Shown here: piece after piece, positions 1-9,291 of the stretch
How the letters are laid out: every line of letters starts with the position of its first letter
How positions within the stretch are numbered: the stretch's first letter is position 1
The notes under the pieces: generated by a model
What the model was told of the DNA's origin: nothing
Databases searched by the model: none
What the model saw: the letters and a program-made list of their open reading frames with translations, nothing else
Translations under genes and position numbers: made by a program
Assembly (NCBI GenBank): GCA_963840455.1
Contig: CAWIYV010000007.1
Coordinates: 96,001-160,000, forward strand
Reading direction: 5' to 3'
Source of the DNA: Nitrospirota bacterium
Lineage (GTDB): Bacteria; Nitrospirota; UBA9217
Length of the DNA stretch: 64,000 bases

Positions 1-2
1 AG

Positions 3-1262
3 GCGCTCAAGACCACACTGGGCGAGAACCTGGCCATGATCGAGGATTCGGTGGCGTTCCTCAAGGAACACCTGGACGAGGTGATCTACGACGCCGAGCA
101 CTTCTTCGATGGGTACAAGGCGAATCCGGATTACGCCATCGAGACCCTGCTCGCGGCCGAAGCGGCCGGCGCAGACTGTCTTGTGCTGTGCGACACCAAC
201 GGGGGGACCCTTCCGCACGAGGTGGAGGAGATCATCGCCCGGGTGAAGAACATCATCGGTACACCGTTCGGGATCCACGCGCACAACGATGCGGAGCTTG
301 CGGTCGCCAACTCCCTGGCGGCGGTCAGACTCGGAGCGGTGATGGTCCACGGTACGGTCAACGGATACGGCGAGCGGTGCGGCAATGCGAACCTCTGTGC
401 TATCATCCCCGACCTCAAGCTCAAGATGGGGATCGACTGCATCACCGATGGGAGTCTCCGGAAGCTCCGCGAGCTGTCGCGGTACGTCGATGAGCTGGCC
501 AACCTTCCGCACCGGAAGTGGGCTCCCTTCGTGGGGGATAGCGCCTTCGCGCACAAGGGAGGCGTGCACGTGGACGCCGTCGCCAAGGTTCCGCGGTCCT
601 ATGAACACATCATTCCCGACCAGGTGGGGAACCGGCGCAGGATCCTGGTATCCGACCTTGCGGGGAAGAGCAACATCATCCAGAAGGCGTCCGAGCTCGG
701 CATCACCGTCAGGAAGGACAGCCCCGAGCTTGCCGGCATCCTCAAGCGGATCAAACAGCTGGAGAGTGAAGGCTACGAGTTCGAGGGCGCGGAAGGTTCC
801 CTCGAGCTGCTCATGCTCCGGGCGCGACACAGCTACGAATCGGTCTTCGCCATGTTCGACCGCATCGATTACCGCGTGCTGACCGAAAAGCGGAAGGTCG
901 ATCCCAACCCGGTGAGCGAGGCCACGGTGACCGTGGAGGTCAGCGGGCAGGTGGAGCATACCGCAGCGTGGGGGAACGGCCCCGTGAACGCGCTGGACAA
1001 GGCCCTGCGCAAGGTCCTGCCGCGGTATTTCCCGGGCAGGGGGCTGGAGAGCGTCCGGCTGCTGGACTATAAGGTCCGCGTCCTGACCGCGGCCGAAGGC
1101 ACTGCGGCGCGGGTCCGCGTCCTGATCGAGTCGGGCGACGGAAGGTCCAAGTGGGGCACGGTCGGCGTGTCGGAGAACGTCATCGAGGCGAGCTGGCAGG
1201 CGCTCGTGGACAGCATCGAGTACAAGCTCCTGAGGACTGCGAAGAAAAAACGCAAGGCGTGA
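3..1262 (+). CDS. cimA: citramalate synthase (5' partial)
   Basis: DAEHFFDG, LCDTNGG, HAHND, GYGERCGNA and AFAHKGGVH motifs plus a LeuA-type regulatory C-terminus. The frame is open from the window start. Confidence 0.9.
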   Translation, partial: ALKTTLGENLAMIEDSVAFLKEHLDEVIYDAEHFFDGYKANPDYAIETLLAAEAAGADCLVLCDTNGGTLPHEVEEIIARVKNIIGTPFGIHAHNDAELAVANSLAAVRLGAVMVHGTVNGYGERCGNANLCAIIPDLKLKMGIDCITDGSLRKLRELSRYVDELANLPHRKWAPFVGDSAFAHKGGVHVDAVAKVPRSYEHIIPDQVGNRRRILVSDLAGKSNIIQKASELGITVRKDSPELAGILKRIKQLESEGYEFEGAEGSLELLMLRARHSYESVFAMFDRIDYRVLTEKRKVDPNPVSEATVTVEVSGQVEHTAAWGNGPVNALDKALRKVLPRYFPGRGLESVRLLDYKVRVLTAAEGTAARVRVLIESGDGRSKWGTVGVSENVIEASWQALVDSIEYKLLRTAKKKRKA

Positions 1263-1292
1263 AGCATACAAGGCAAGGGGAAGAGGTTTCGC

Positions 1293-1724
1293 ATGATCGA
1301 AGAAGAAGGCATCGTTATCGAAGCAGCTGGCGGTTTGGCGAAGGTGTCCATCCTGGCCAAGAGCGCCTGTGAGAAATGCGCTTCGGCCGGTGTCTGCCAT
1401 CCCGAAGGTGATGACTCCACCATGGAGGCGGCCAATCCTCTGAACGCGAAGAAAGGCCAGAGGGTCAAGGTCGTGCTGGCCCCGCAGGTATTTCTCAAGG
1501 CCTCTATCATCCTCTACGGCATCCCCATGGCCGTCTTTGTCGCCGCCGCCATCATCGGGAAGAATGTGGGATTGAAGTACGGCGGAGAGGCACAGTCGGA
1601 CCTCTGGGCGTTCCTGTCCGGCATGGTCTTCATGCTGGTATCTTTTTTCTTTATCAGGCGCTATAATAAGAAAGTTGAAAAGACCCAGGAATACAAGCCG
1701 GTGATCGTCGAGATCCTCGGCTGA
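1293..1724 (+). CDS. RseC/MucC-family membrane protein
   Basis: MIEEEGIV start, SACxxCxxxxxC motif, two TM segments. Confidence 0.8.
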   Translation: MIEEEGIVIEAAGGLAKVSILAKSACEKCASAGVCHPEGDDSTMEAANPLNAKKGQRVKVVLAPQVFLKASIILYGIPMAVFVAAAIIGKNVGLKYGGEAQSDLWAFLSGMVFMLVSFFFIRRYNKKVEKTQEYKPVIVEILG

Positions 1725-1755
1725 TTACGGGCATCAGGGGAGGCGGACATTTCCT

Positions 1756-2022
1756 ATGGCATTGATCTCCACGAATGAACAGGCAAAGAGGCTGGCGCGG
1801 ACGATCCTTTCCGACATTCTTCTGTACAACCAGGCCAAGGTGAAAGAGGGGATCGAGAGGGACAGCCTCTTCGATGTGCTCTCGGAGGAACTCGCCGAAG
1901 GGAGGAAATATTACGAGAGCATGGTTGAAACAGCTCTCCGCCAGAGCACCAACTTCTTCAACGAGGCGGTCATCGACGTCCTGCTCAAACAGGGAGGGAA
2001 ACACAAGTCCGAAATCTGGTAG
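1756..2022 (+). CDS. small hypothetical protein
   Basis: 88 aa with GGAGG RBS and host-like codon usage, between rseC-like and the EF-G-like gene. Confidence 0.7.
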   Translation: MALISTNEQAKRLARTILSDILLYNQAKVKEGIERDSLFDVLSEELAEGRKYYESMVETALRQSTNFFNEAVIDVLLKQGGKHKSEIW

Positions 2023-2094
2023 CGCCGCGACCGTTGTTCTGCAGCTTATCTGCATATCCCCACAATACAAAATTCTCTTGCAAAGGAGTCGTCC

Positions 2095-4209
2095 ATGCCG
2101 AACTCTGATGTGAAGGAAATCCGCAATATCGCCATACTGTCGCACGGCTCTGCCGGCAAGACCTCGCTTGCCGACGCCATCCTGTACGCCGCGGGGGCGA
2201 TCGACGCACCGGTGAGCGTGGATGGCGGAACTTCCGTGTTCATGCACGAACCGGAAGAGATCGCCCGGAAGATCACGATCACGGCTGCGGTCGGGTTCGC
2301 GGACTGGAAGGGGGTGCGCATCAACATCATCGACACCCCCGGCTACATCAACTTCCTCGAAGAGACGCGGGGAACGCTCCGGGCCGTCGACGGCGCCATC
2401 CTCATCATTTCCGCCATCTCGGGCGTCAAGGCCGAGACCGAGAAGATCTACAAGTTCGCCTGCGACTACGAGATCCCGCGCATCGCCTTCGTGAGCAAGC
2501 TCGACAAGGAGCGCGCCGACTTCTTCCGGGCCGTGGGCGATATGGAAAAGTACTTCTGCAAGAACGCGATCGTGCTCCAGCTGCCGATCGGCCTCGAGGA
2601 CAAGTTCTCCGGCGTCGTCGACCTCATCAGGATGAAAGCGCTGATGTTCGCCCAGGATGGGAGCGGCAAGATCGAGGAGAAGGACGTCCCCGCGGACATG
2701 CGGGACCAGGCAGCGGCCTTCCGGAAGAAGCTGGTGGAGCAGGTTGCCGAGACCGACGATGCGCTGCTCGAGAAGTACCTTGACAAGGGCGATCTTTCCA
2801 ACGACGACGTCATTGCCGGGCTCAAGCATGGAACCCTCGGCGGCGGCCTTCTGCCCGTGCTCTGCGGGTCGCCGGTCAGGAACATGGGCATCCAGCAGCT
2901 CCTCGATATGGTGCTGACCTGCCTGCCGTCGCCAGCAGAGCACGCGCGCATCGTTCAGATCAAGGGCAAAGACCCCAAGACCGGCAATGAGGTCGCCCGC
3001 AAGCCAACAGCGGACGAGCACCTTGCCGCCATCGTGTTCAAGACCATCATCGACCCCTTCGCAGGCAAGCTGTCCCTGGTCCGTGTCCTGTCGGGCACCC
3101 TCAAAGCGGACTCCACGGTCTATAATGCATCGAAGCAGGCCAGGGAGAAGATCGGCTCACTGTTCCACATCCAGGGGAAGAAACAGGTCTCCACCCAGGT
3201 CCTGACGGCCGGCCAGATCGGCGCCGCCGCGAAGCTCAAGGATACGCTCACCGGCGAGACCCTGTGCGCCGAGACGCATCCGATCATTCTGGAATTCGCG
3301 AAGTTCGCGGATCCGGTCATGTCCTACGCCATCGAGCCGAAGTCACGGGGCGATGAGGACAAGGTGAGCATCGGCGTCCATAAGATCCTCGACGAGGACC
3401 GGACGCTCAAGTTCGTCTTTGACGAGCAGACGAAGGAGATGGTCCTCTCCGGCATGGGACAGGTCCATCTCGAGGTGACGATCGAGAAGCTCAGACGGAA
3501 GTTCGGCGTGGACGTGAAGATGAAGACCCCCAAGGTCCCCTACAAGGAGACCATCCGCGCCCGGGCCAAGGCCCAGGGGAAATACAAGAAACAGACCGGC
3601 GGCCACGGCCAGTACGGCGACGCCTGGATCGAGATCGAGCCGCTGCCGCGCGGGACGGGCTTCGAGTTCGTCGACAAGATCGTGGGCGGCGTGATCCCGC
3701 GGCAGTATATCCCGGCCGTGGAGAAGGGCCTGCACGAGGCCCTGCATGAAGGGTTCCTCGCCGGCTATCCCCTCGTGGACATCCGCGCCACGGTGGTGGA
3801 CGGCTCGTACCATACCGTCGACTCGTCCGAGATGTCCTTCAAGATCGCCGCATCCATGGGCTTCAAGAAGGCGATGGAGGCGGCCAAGCCGGTGCTGCTC
3901 GAACCGATCATGAGCGTCGAGGTGGTCGCGCCCGACGATACGCTGGGCGCGGTCATCGGCGACCTGAACTCCCGCCGCGGCAAGGTGCAGGGCGTGGTCC
4001 CGCAGGCCAGCGGCCAGAACATCAAGGCCCTCGTGCCCATGGCCGAGATGCTGTCCTACGCGCCAACGCTGAACTCCCTCACGAGCGGCAGGGGCATGTA
4101 CACCATGGAGTTCTTCGGGTACGAGGACGTACCGAGCCACCTGTCCCAGAAGATCGTGCAGGAGCGGGCCGCTGCCCATCAGGCGCAGAACCACGGCAAA
4201 GAGAAATAA
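2095..4209 (+). CDS. fusA: elongation factor G-like protein (EF-G2 type)
   Basis: 704 aa. Has SHGSAGKT, DTPG, KKQTGGHGQYG, DGSYHTVDSSE and LLEPIM motifs. Switch I is divergent (RKITI) and the gene lies outside the str operon. Confidence 0.85.
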   Translation: MPNSDVKEIRNIAILSHGSAGKTSLADAILYAAGAIDAPVSVDGGTSVFMHEPEEIARKITITAAVGFADWKGVRINIIDTPGYINFLEETRGTLRAVDGAILIISAISGVKAETEKIYKFACDYEIPRIAFVSKLDKERADFFRAVGDMEKYFCKNAIVLQLPIGLEDKFSGVVDLIRMKALMFAQDGSGKIEEKDVPADMRDQAAAFRKKLVEQVAETDDALLEKYLDKGDLSNDDVIAGLKHGTLGGGLLPVLCGSPVRNMGIQQLLDMVLTCLPSPAEHARIVQIKGKDPKTGNEVARKPTADEHLAAIVFKTIIDPFAGKLSLVRVLSGTLKADSTVYNASKQAREKIGSLFHIQGKKQVSTQVLTAGQIGAAAKLKDTLTGETLCAETHPIILEFAKFADPVMSYAIEPKSRGDEDKVSIGVHKILDEDRTLKFVFDEQTKEMVLSGMGQVHLEVTIEKLRRKFGVDVKMKTPKVPYKETIRARAKAQGKYKKQTGGHGQYGDAWIEIEPLPRGTGFEFVDKIVGGVIPRQYIPAVEKGLHEALHEGFLAGYPLVDIRATVVDGSYHTVDSSEMSFKIAASMGFKKAMEAAKPVLLEPIMSVEVVAPDDTLGAVIGDLNSRRGKVQGVVPQASGQNIKALVPMAEMLSYAPTLNSLTSGRGMYTMEFFGYEDVPSHLSQKIVQERAAAHQAQNHGKEK

Positions 4210-4234
4210 CGGGAGACCGCGGAGGCAATTTCCT

Positions 4235-4273
4235 GCCACAAAGACGCGCAGTCCGTCTTTGTGGCTGTTTTTT
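4235..4273 (+). terminator. probable intrinsic terminator
   Basis: GCCACAAAGACG/CGTCTTTGTGGC stem followed by a T-run. Confidence 0.6.
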
Positions 4274-4307
4274 CGGGATCGTCTGCCGGTGACCGGAACG
4301 GAGCATC

Positions 4308-5564
4308 ATGTACAGAAAAGACACCCTTGCCAACGGCATCCGGGTCGTGTCCGAGACCCTGCCGAAAACGCGCTCTCTCTCCATCGGCGTATGGGTGAAG
4401 GTGGGTTCGCGGCACGAGCCGAAAGAGATCGGCGGGGTTTCCCATTTCATCGAACACATGTTCTTCAAGGGGACGCACAAGCGGTCGGCCCGGGACATCG
4501 CCACGGAGATCGACTCACTGGGCGGAGAGATGAACGCCTTCACCTCGCAGGAGAGCACCACGTATTACATCAAGGTCCTCGACGAGCACCTCCCCGTTGC
4601 CGTGGACATCCTTTCGGACATCCTGCTCGGCTCGAAGTTCGATCCGGCAGAAATGGAAAAGGAACGGAAGGTCATCCTCGAGGAGATCAAAGGCGTCGAG
4701 GACACGCCCGACGACTACATCCATGAGCTGTTCACGGCCACGGTGTGGCCCGATAACTCCCTGGGCCGCCCCATCCTCGGCACCAAGGAGACCATCAAGT
4801 CGCTGAAGCACAACGACATCGTGAAGTATATCGAAGACTATTACTCCCCCCGGGAGATCGTGATCTCCGTCGCGGGAAACTTCGAGCACGCGCGCCTCAT
4901 CGAACTCCTGGAAAGCGCTTTCGGCAAACTCGCGAGGACCGGCATTCCCAAGCAGGACGTCGCGCCGTCCTACAACCGTGCCGTGACGGTCAGGAAGAAG
5001 CAGCTGGAGCAGGTGCAGGTCTGCCTCGGCTGCAAGGGTCTGCAGTATACCCACGAGGACCGGTTCGTCGTCATGGCGCTGAACACGATCCTCGGGAACA
5101 GCATGAGCTCGAGGCTCTTCCAAGAAGTACGAGAGCAGAACGCGCTGGCGTACTCCATCTACTCCTATGTCACCGCGTACCGGGACGCAGGGCTCCTGAC
5201 GGTCTATGCGGGCACCGATCCCGCGAACACCATCCAGGCAATCCAGCTCATCGTCAAGGAATTCCGGAAGATCCGGGACGAGGGGATCACGTCCGCCGAG
5301 GAAACGCGGGTGAAGGACCAGATCAAGGGGAACCTGGTCCTTTCCCTGGAGACCAGCAACAGCCATATGGGCCGCATCGCGCGCCAGGAGATCTACTTCG
5401 GAAAGTATCTTTCCGTCGACGATATCATCAGGTCCGTTGACAAGGTCACGGCCGAGCAGGTCCAGCGCCTCGCCGGTCAATTGTTCACACGCGAGAGTCT
5501 TTCGCTCAGCATCCTGGGGCCGTTGAACAAAGTTGACGTGCCGGAGTCGGTGCTGGAAATTTAG
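4308..5564 (+). CDS. M16 family zinc peptidase (cytoplasmic)
   Basis: Inverted zinc motif [19 protein letters not shown]. Confidence 0.9.
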   Translation: MYRKDTLANGIRVVSETLPKTRSLSIGVWVKVGSRHEPKEIGGVSHFIEHMFFKGTHKRSARDIATEIDSLGGEMNAFTSQESTTYYIKVLDEHLPVAVDILSDILLGSKFDPAEMEKERKVILEEIKGVEDTPDDYIHELFTATVWPDNSLGRPILGTKETIKSLKHNDIVKYIEDYYSPREIVISVAGNFEHARLIELLESAFGKLARTGIPKQDVAPSYNRAVTVRKKQLEQVQVCLGCKGLQYTHEDRFVVMALNTILGNSMSSRLFQEVREQNALAYSIYSYVTAYRDAGLLTVYAGTDPANTIQAIQLIVKEFRKIRDEGITSAEETRVKDQIKGNLVLSLETSNSHMGRIARQEIYFGKYLSVDDIIRSVDKVTAEQVQRLAGQLFTRESLSLSILGPLNKVDVPESVLEI

Positions 5565-5573
5565 ACGCATTCT

Positions 5574-5652
5574 ACCGCAGAGATCGCCGAGAGCGCAGAG
5601 AATCGCTTATATCAAACGAGACTTTCTCCGCGGGCTCTGCGTGCTCTGCGGT
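5574..5652. repeat. 9-nt-periodic inverted-repeat element
   Basis: ACCGCAGAG-ATCGCCGAG-AGCGCAGAG ... CTCCGCGGG-CTCTGCGTG-CTCTGCGGT. Confidence 0.85.
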
Positions 5653-5668
5653 GAGACAGGTTGTTGAT

Positions 5669-6139
5669 ATGTCCGATCATCTTATCGTCGATATACTGCC
5701 GCTCCAGAACGCCGCCGGTCTGCCGGTCCCGCATTACCAGACCGAGCACTCGGCCGGGGTGGACCTTTACGCTGCCGTGGAAGGAGAGCTGGTGATCGGG
5801 CCGGGTACCTGGCGGCTCGTTCCCACGGGCATCGCCGTGGCGATCCCCGAGGGATACGAGGGCCAGGTCAGGCCCCGCAGCGGACTCGCCCTGAAGCACG
5901 GCATAGGCATGCTGAACGGACCGGGTACCATCGACGCGGACTACCGCGGCGAGATCGGCATCATCCTGTTCAACTTCAGCGACAGGCCGTTCCCGGTCCA
6001 TCGGGGGGACCGTATTGCCCAGCTGGTCTTCGCGAAGCTCGCGAAAGCGGGGTTCCGGAAGGTCGACGCTCTGAATGAGACCCGCAGGGGGAGCGGCGGT
6101 TTCGGGCACACGGGGACCAAGCAACATCAAGATCGATAG
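5669..6139 (+). CDS. dut: dUTP pyrophosphatase
   Basis: [23 protein letters not shown] and [10 protein letters not shown] motifs. Confidence 0.95.
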   Translation: MSDHLIVDILPLQNAAGLPVPHYQTEHSAGVDLYAAVEGELVIGPGTWRLVPTGIAVAIPEGYEGQVRPRSGLALKHGIGMLNGPGTIDADYRGEIGIILFNFSDRPFPVHRGDRIAQLVFAKLAKAGFRKVDALNETRRGSGGFGHTGTKQHQDR

Positions 6140-6175
6140 TTCACTATTACTTTTCAAGAGGGCGGTGACATTTAC

Positions 6176-7498
6176 ATGCAAAAGATAAGGGAGACATTTA
6201 TGGTCGTGCTGCTGCTGCTGTTCCTGTCAACCTTGGGCTTTGGCCAGGAGATGAGGGTCACGGAGACGATACTGCCCAACGGTCTGAAGGTCCTGCTCAA
6301 GGAAGAGCACAAGTCTCCGGTGGTCACCTTCCAGGTCTGGTACCGGGTCGGGGCGCGGAACGAACGGCTCGGCAAGACCGGCATGTCGCATCTCCTGGAG
6401 CACATGATGTTCAAGGGGTCGAAGAAATACGGTCCCAAGCAGTTCTCCCAGGTCGTGCAGCGGAACGGCGGCAATGACAACGCCTTCACGAGCAAGGACT
6501 ACACGGCGTACTTCGAGAACCTCGCGGCCGACCGCCTCGAGATCGCCATGGACCTCGAGTCTGACCGCATGCAGAACCTCCTTCTGGACCCCAAGGAATT
6601 CCTGTCAGAGCGCGACGTGGTGAAGGAAGAGCGCCGCATGCGGTACGAGGACGACCCCACGCAGACCATGGTCGAGCAGATGATGGCAACGGCGTTCTCG
6701 GCGCATCCCTACCAGTGGCCGGTGATCGGGTGGATGGCCGATATTGGCAACATAACGCGCGAAGACCTGGAAAAGCATTACCGGACCTACTATGCGCCGA
6801 ACAACGCGACCGTCGTGGTGGTCGGCGACTTCGACCCGAAGAAGACGCTTGCCCTTGTGGACAAGTACTTCGGGAGCATCCCGCGGGGTCCGGAGGTCCC
6901 GAAGGTCGGCGCCGTGGAGCCGAAACAGCTGGGGGAGAAGCGCGTGAAGGTCAAGCAGGAGGCGGAACTGCCGGCGATCTATGCCGGTTACAAGGTTCCC
7001 AACCTCACCAGCGCCGATTCCCATGCCCTGAACGTGCTCCAGAGCATCCTGTCGTCGGGAAAGAGCTCGCGGCTGTACCGGTCCCTGGTCTACGACAAGC
7101 AGATTGCCCTGTATGCGGGCGGCGACTATGATGATGTCTCCACGGACCCGAATCTCTTCTATGTCTACGCCGGCATCATGCCGGGGAAGAGCGAAGACGA
7201 GGTCGAGAGGGCCCTTTACGTTGAGATCGACCGGATGAAGAACGAACCGGTCTCGGATGAGGAGCTTCAGAAAGCGAAGAACCAGGCCGAGGCGAGCTTC
7301 ATCATGAGCCAGGATTCGATGTTCTACCAGGCGATGCTGCTGGGCCAGTATGAGACCGTGGCGAACTGGAAGCTTTTGGGCGCTTACCTGGACGGCATCA
7401 GGGCCGTGAAGAAGGAAGATATCGAGCGTGTGGCCAGGCAGTATTTCACCGAGGACAACCGGACCGTGGGTATCCTGGTGCCGGTGAAGAAACCATGA
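6176..7498 (+). CDS. exported M16B peptidase, catalytic subunit
   Basis: Signal peptide, HLLEHMMFKG, NAFT. Confidence 0.9.
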   Translation: MQKIRETFMVVLLLLFLSTLGFGQEMRVTETILPNGLKVLLKEEHKSPVVTFQVWYRVGARNERLGKTGMSHLLEHMMFKGSKKYGPKQFSQVVQRNGGNDNAFTSKDYTAYFENLAADRLEIAMDLESDRMQNLLLDPKEFLSERDVVKEERRMRYEDDPTQTMVEQMMATAFSAHPYQWPVIGWMADIGNITREDLEKHYRTYYAPNNATVVVVGDFDPKKTLALVDKYFGSIPRGPEVPKVGAVEPKQLGEKRVKVKQEAELPAIYAGYKVPNLTSADSHALNVLQSILSSGKSSRLYRSLVYDKQIALYAGGDYDDVSTDPNLFYVYAGIMPGKSEDEVERALYVEIDRMKNEPVSDEELQKAKNQAEASFIMSQDSMFYQAMLLGQYETVANWKLLGAYLDGIRAVKKEDIERVARQYFTEDNRTVGILVPVKKP

Positions 7499-7558
7499 CA
7501 CGGGGACGGGAGACGGGGAGATCGAGACACGGGACGCGGGAACAGGGGACACGGAGAA
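7497..7558. repeat. purine-rich ~8-nt-period low-complexity repeat
   Basis: GACACGGG/GACGGGA/GACGCGGG/GACACGGA units. A similar tract lies at 63882-63930. Confidence 0.6.
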
Positions 7559-7639
7559 ACGACAGATGCGGAATGTAAAAAAGTGCGGGATCGTCGAGAC
7601 GTATGATATTTTCATTCGCAGCGATCATGCTGTTCTCGC

Positions 7640-8926
7640 ATGGGGGTGCCTGCGGTTCACGCCGCCGAACCGCTGGGCAAGCGCATCGTGCTGGAGAACG
7701 GCATGGTCCTCCTGCTCTCCGAGAAGCATGAGCTGCCGGTGGTCACCGTGAGCATGGCCATCAAGGCGGGGGGCGTCGTCGAACCGGCGGACAAGCCGGG
7801 CCTGGCGTCCATCACGGCATCGCTCCTGACCCAGGGCACGAAGTCGCGCACGGCGAACCAGATCAGCCGGGAGATCGACTTCATCGGCGGCTCCCTCTCG
7901 GTCTCAGGCGGGGACGATTTTGCCAGCGCGAACCTTCGGGTGCTGAAGAAGGACGTCGGGAAAGGCTTCGACCTCCTGGCAGATGTGCTGATGAACCCCG
8001 TATTCGACCAGAAGGAGATCGATCGGAAGGTGAAGGAGACCCTGGCTGCGATCCAGCGCCAGAAGGAGGAACCCGAGGTGATCGCCGGCGAGGCATTCAC
8101 CAAGGCGGTCTTCGGGGCTCATCCCTACGGCAGGACGAACGACGACGTGGCCGCATACCTTCCCCGGATCACGAAACGGGACATCCAGGATTTCTACTCC
8201 CAGCGGTACGGTCCGAACGACTGTATCGTCGCCATTGTGGGCGATGTGACCGAAAAAGAGACCGCTGCGCTTCTGCGGCAGCGCTTCGCGGACTGGAAGC
8301 CTGCGGAGAAGGGCGAGCCTCCCCATGCCTCCCCTCCCGCGATCACGTCTCTCGCGGTCAGGAAAATGGACAAGAATATCACGCAGGCGAACATCGCTAT
8401 GGGGCAGGTGGGGATCAGCAGGGAAAACCCTGATTTTTATGCCGTCGTGGTCATGAACTACATCCTGGGAGGCGGAGGCTTCTCTTCCCGGCTCATGGAC
8501 AATATCCGGGACAACCGGGGTCTGGCCTATGACGTGCACAGCAGCTTTGCGGCCCAGAAGGAGCCCGGCGCGTTCCGCGTATGGACGCAGACGAAGAGCG
8601 AGTCGGCGAACGAGGCCATCGCGGAGATCTTCAAGGAGCTGAAACGGATCAGGACCGAGCCGGTATCGGACAAGGAACTGGCCGATGCCAAGGCCTATTT
8701 GACCGGCAGCTTCCCGCTCCGGATGGACACGTCCGCCAAGATCGCCGGGATCCTTACGAGCATCGAGATCTACCATCTGGGACTCGATTATCCGCAGCGC
8801 TACGCCAGCCTGATCAACGGCGTCACGAGGGAAGACATCCTCCGCGTGGCGAAGAAGTACATCGACCCGGACCATATGGTCATGGTCGTGCTGGGGAACC
8901 AGGAAAAGATCAAGCTGAAATATTAG
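7640..8926 (+). CDS. M16B peptidase, non-catalytic subunit
   Basis: M16 fold without HxxEH. ILGGGGFSSRL..IRDNRGLAY motif. Start uncertain. Confidence 0.85.
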   Translation: MGVPAVHAAEPLGKRIVLENGMVLLLSEKHELPVVTVSMAIKAGGVVEPADKPGLASITASLLTQGTKSRTANQISREIDFIGGSLSVSGGDDFASANLRVLKKDVGKGFDLLADVLMNPVFDQKEIDRKVKETLAAIQRQKEEPEVIAGEAFTKAVFGAHPYGRTNDDVAAYLPRITKRDIQDFYSQRYGPNDCIVAIVGDVTEKETAALLRQRFADWKPAEKGEPPHASPPAITSLAVRKMDKNITQANIAMGQVGISRENPDFYAVVVMNYILGGGGFSSRLMDNIRDNRGLAYDVHSSFAAQKEPGAFRVWTQTKSESANEAIAEIFKELKRIRTEPVSDKELADAKAYLTGSFPLRMDTSAKIAGILTSIEIYHLGLDYPQRYASLINGVTREDILRVAKKYIDPDHMVMVVLGNQEKIKLKY

Positions 8927-8947
8927 GATGAGGAGCAGAAGTCAGAC

Positions 8948-9239
8948 TTGAAGCTCCCTGCAGCAAGCTACAGGGAATCTTCGACCCTTAAGGAAGTATC
9001 CTTATTCTCATCGCTCGCTCCTGGATTTAAGCTCCCTACTGCAAGAGGCGTGGAGCTTCGATCCTTAGGGTAGTGTTTATCCTAATCGCTCGCTAACCCG
9101 CAGAAAACTGCGGGGATGCGCTCGCTCCTGGATTTAAGCTCCCTACTGCAGGAGGTGTGGAGCTTCGATCCTTAGGGTAGTGTTTATCCTGATCGCTCGC
9201 TAACCCGCAGAAAACTGCGGGGATGCGCTCGCTCCTGGA
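8948..9239 (-). mobile_element. tandem array of 3 miniature IS200/IS605-like elements (78+107+107 bp)
   Basis: Units read TT(G/T)AAGCTCCC...CGCTCGCTCCTGGA on the plus strand. Units 2 and 3 are near-identical with a 107-bp period. Confidence 0.8.
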
Positions 9240-9291
9240 TTCAGGAGACGGGAGAGCTTCAATACCTTCTGGCTTCTGGCTCCTCAAGCTT

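Noticed and set aside
8948-9239. CRISPR array / ncRNA gene
   Set aside because: These are whole-unit duplications of the same mini-element, with no spacers.
9223-9291. N-terminal extensions of mutL (also mtnP, pstS, phoB, copA, phoU ORF calls)
   Set aside because: The ORF finder extended into repeats or promoters; downstream starts match family N-termini.
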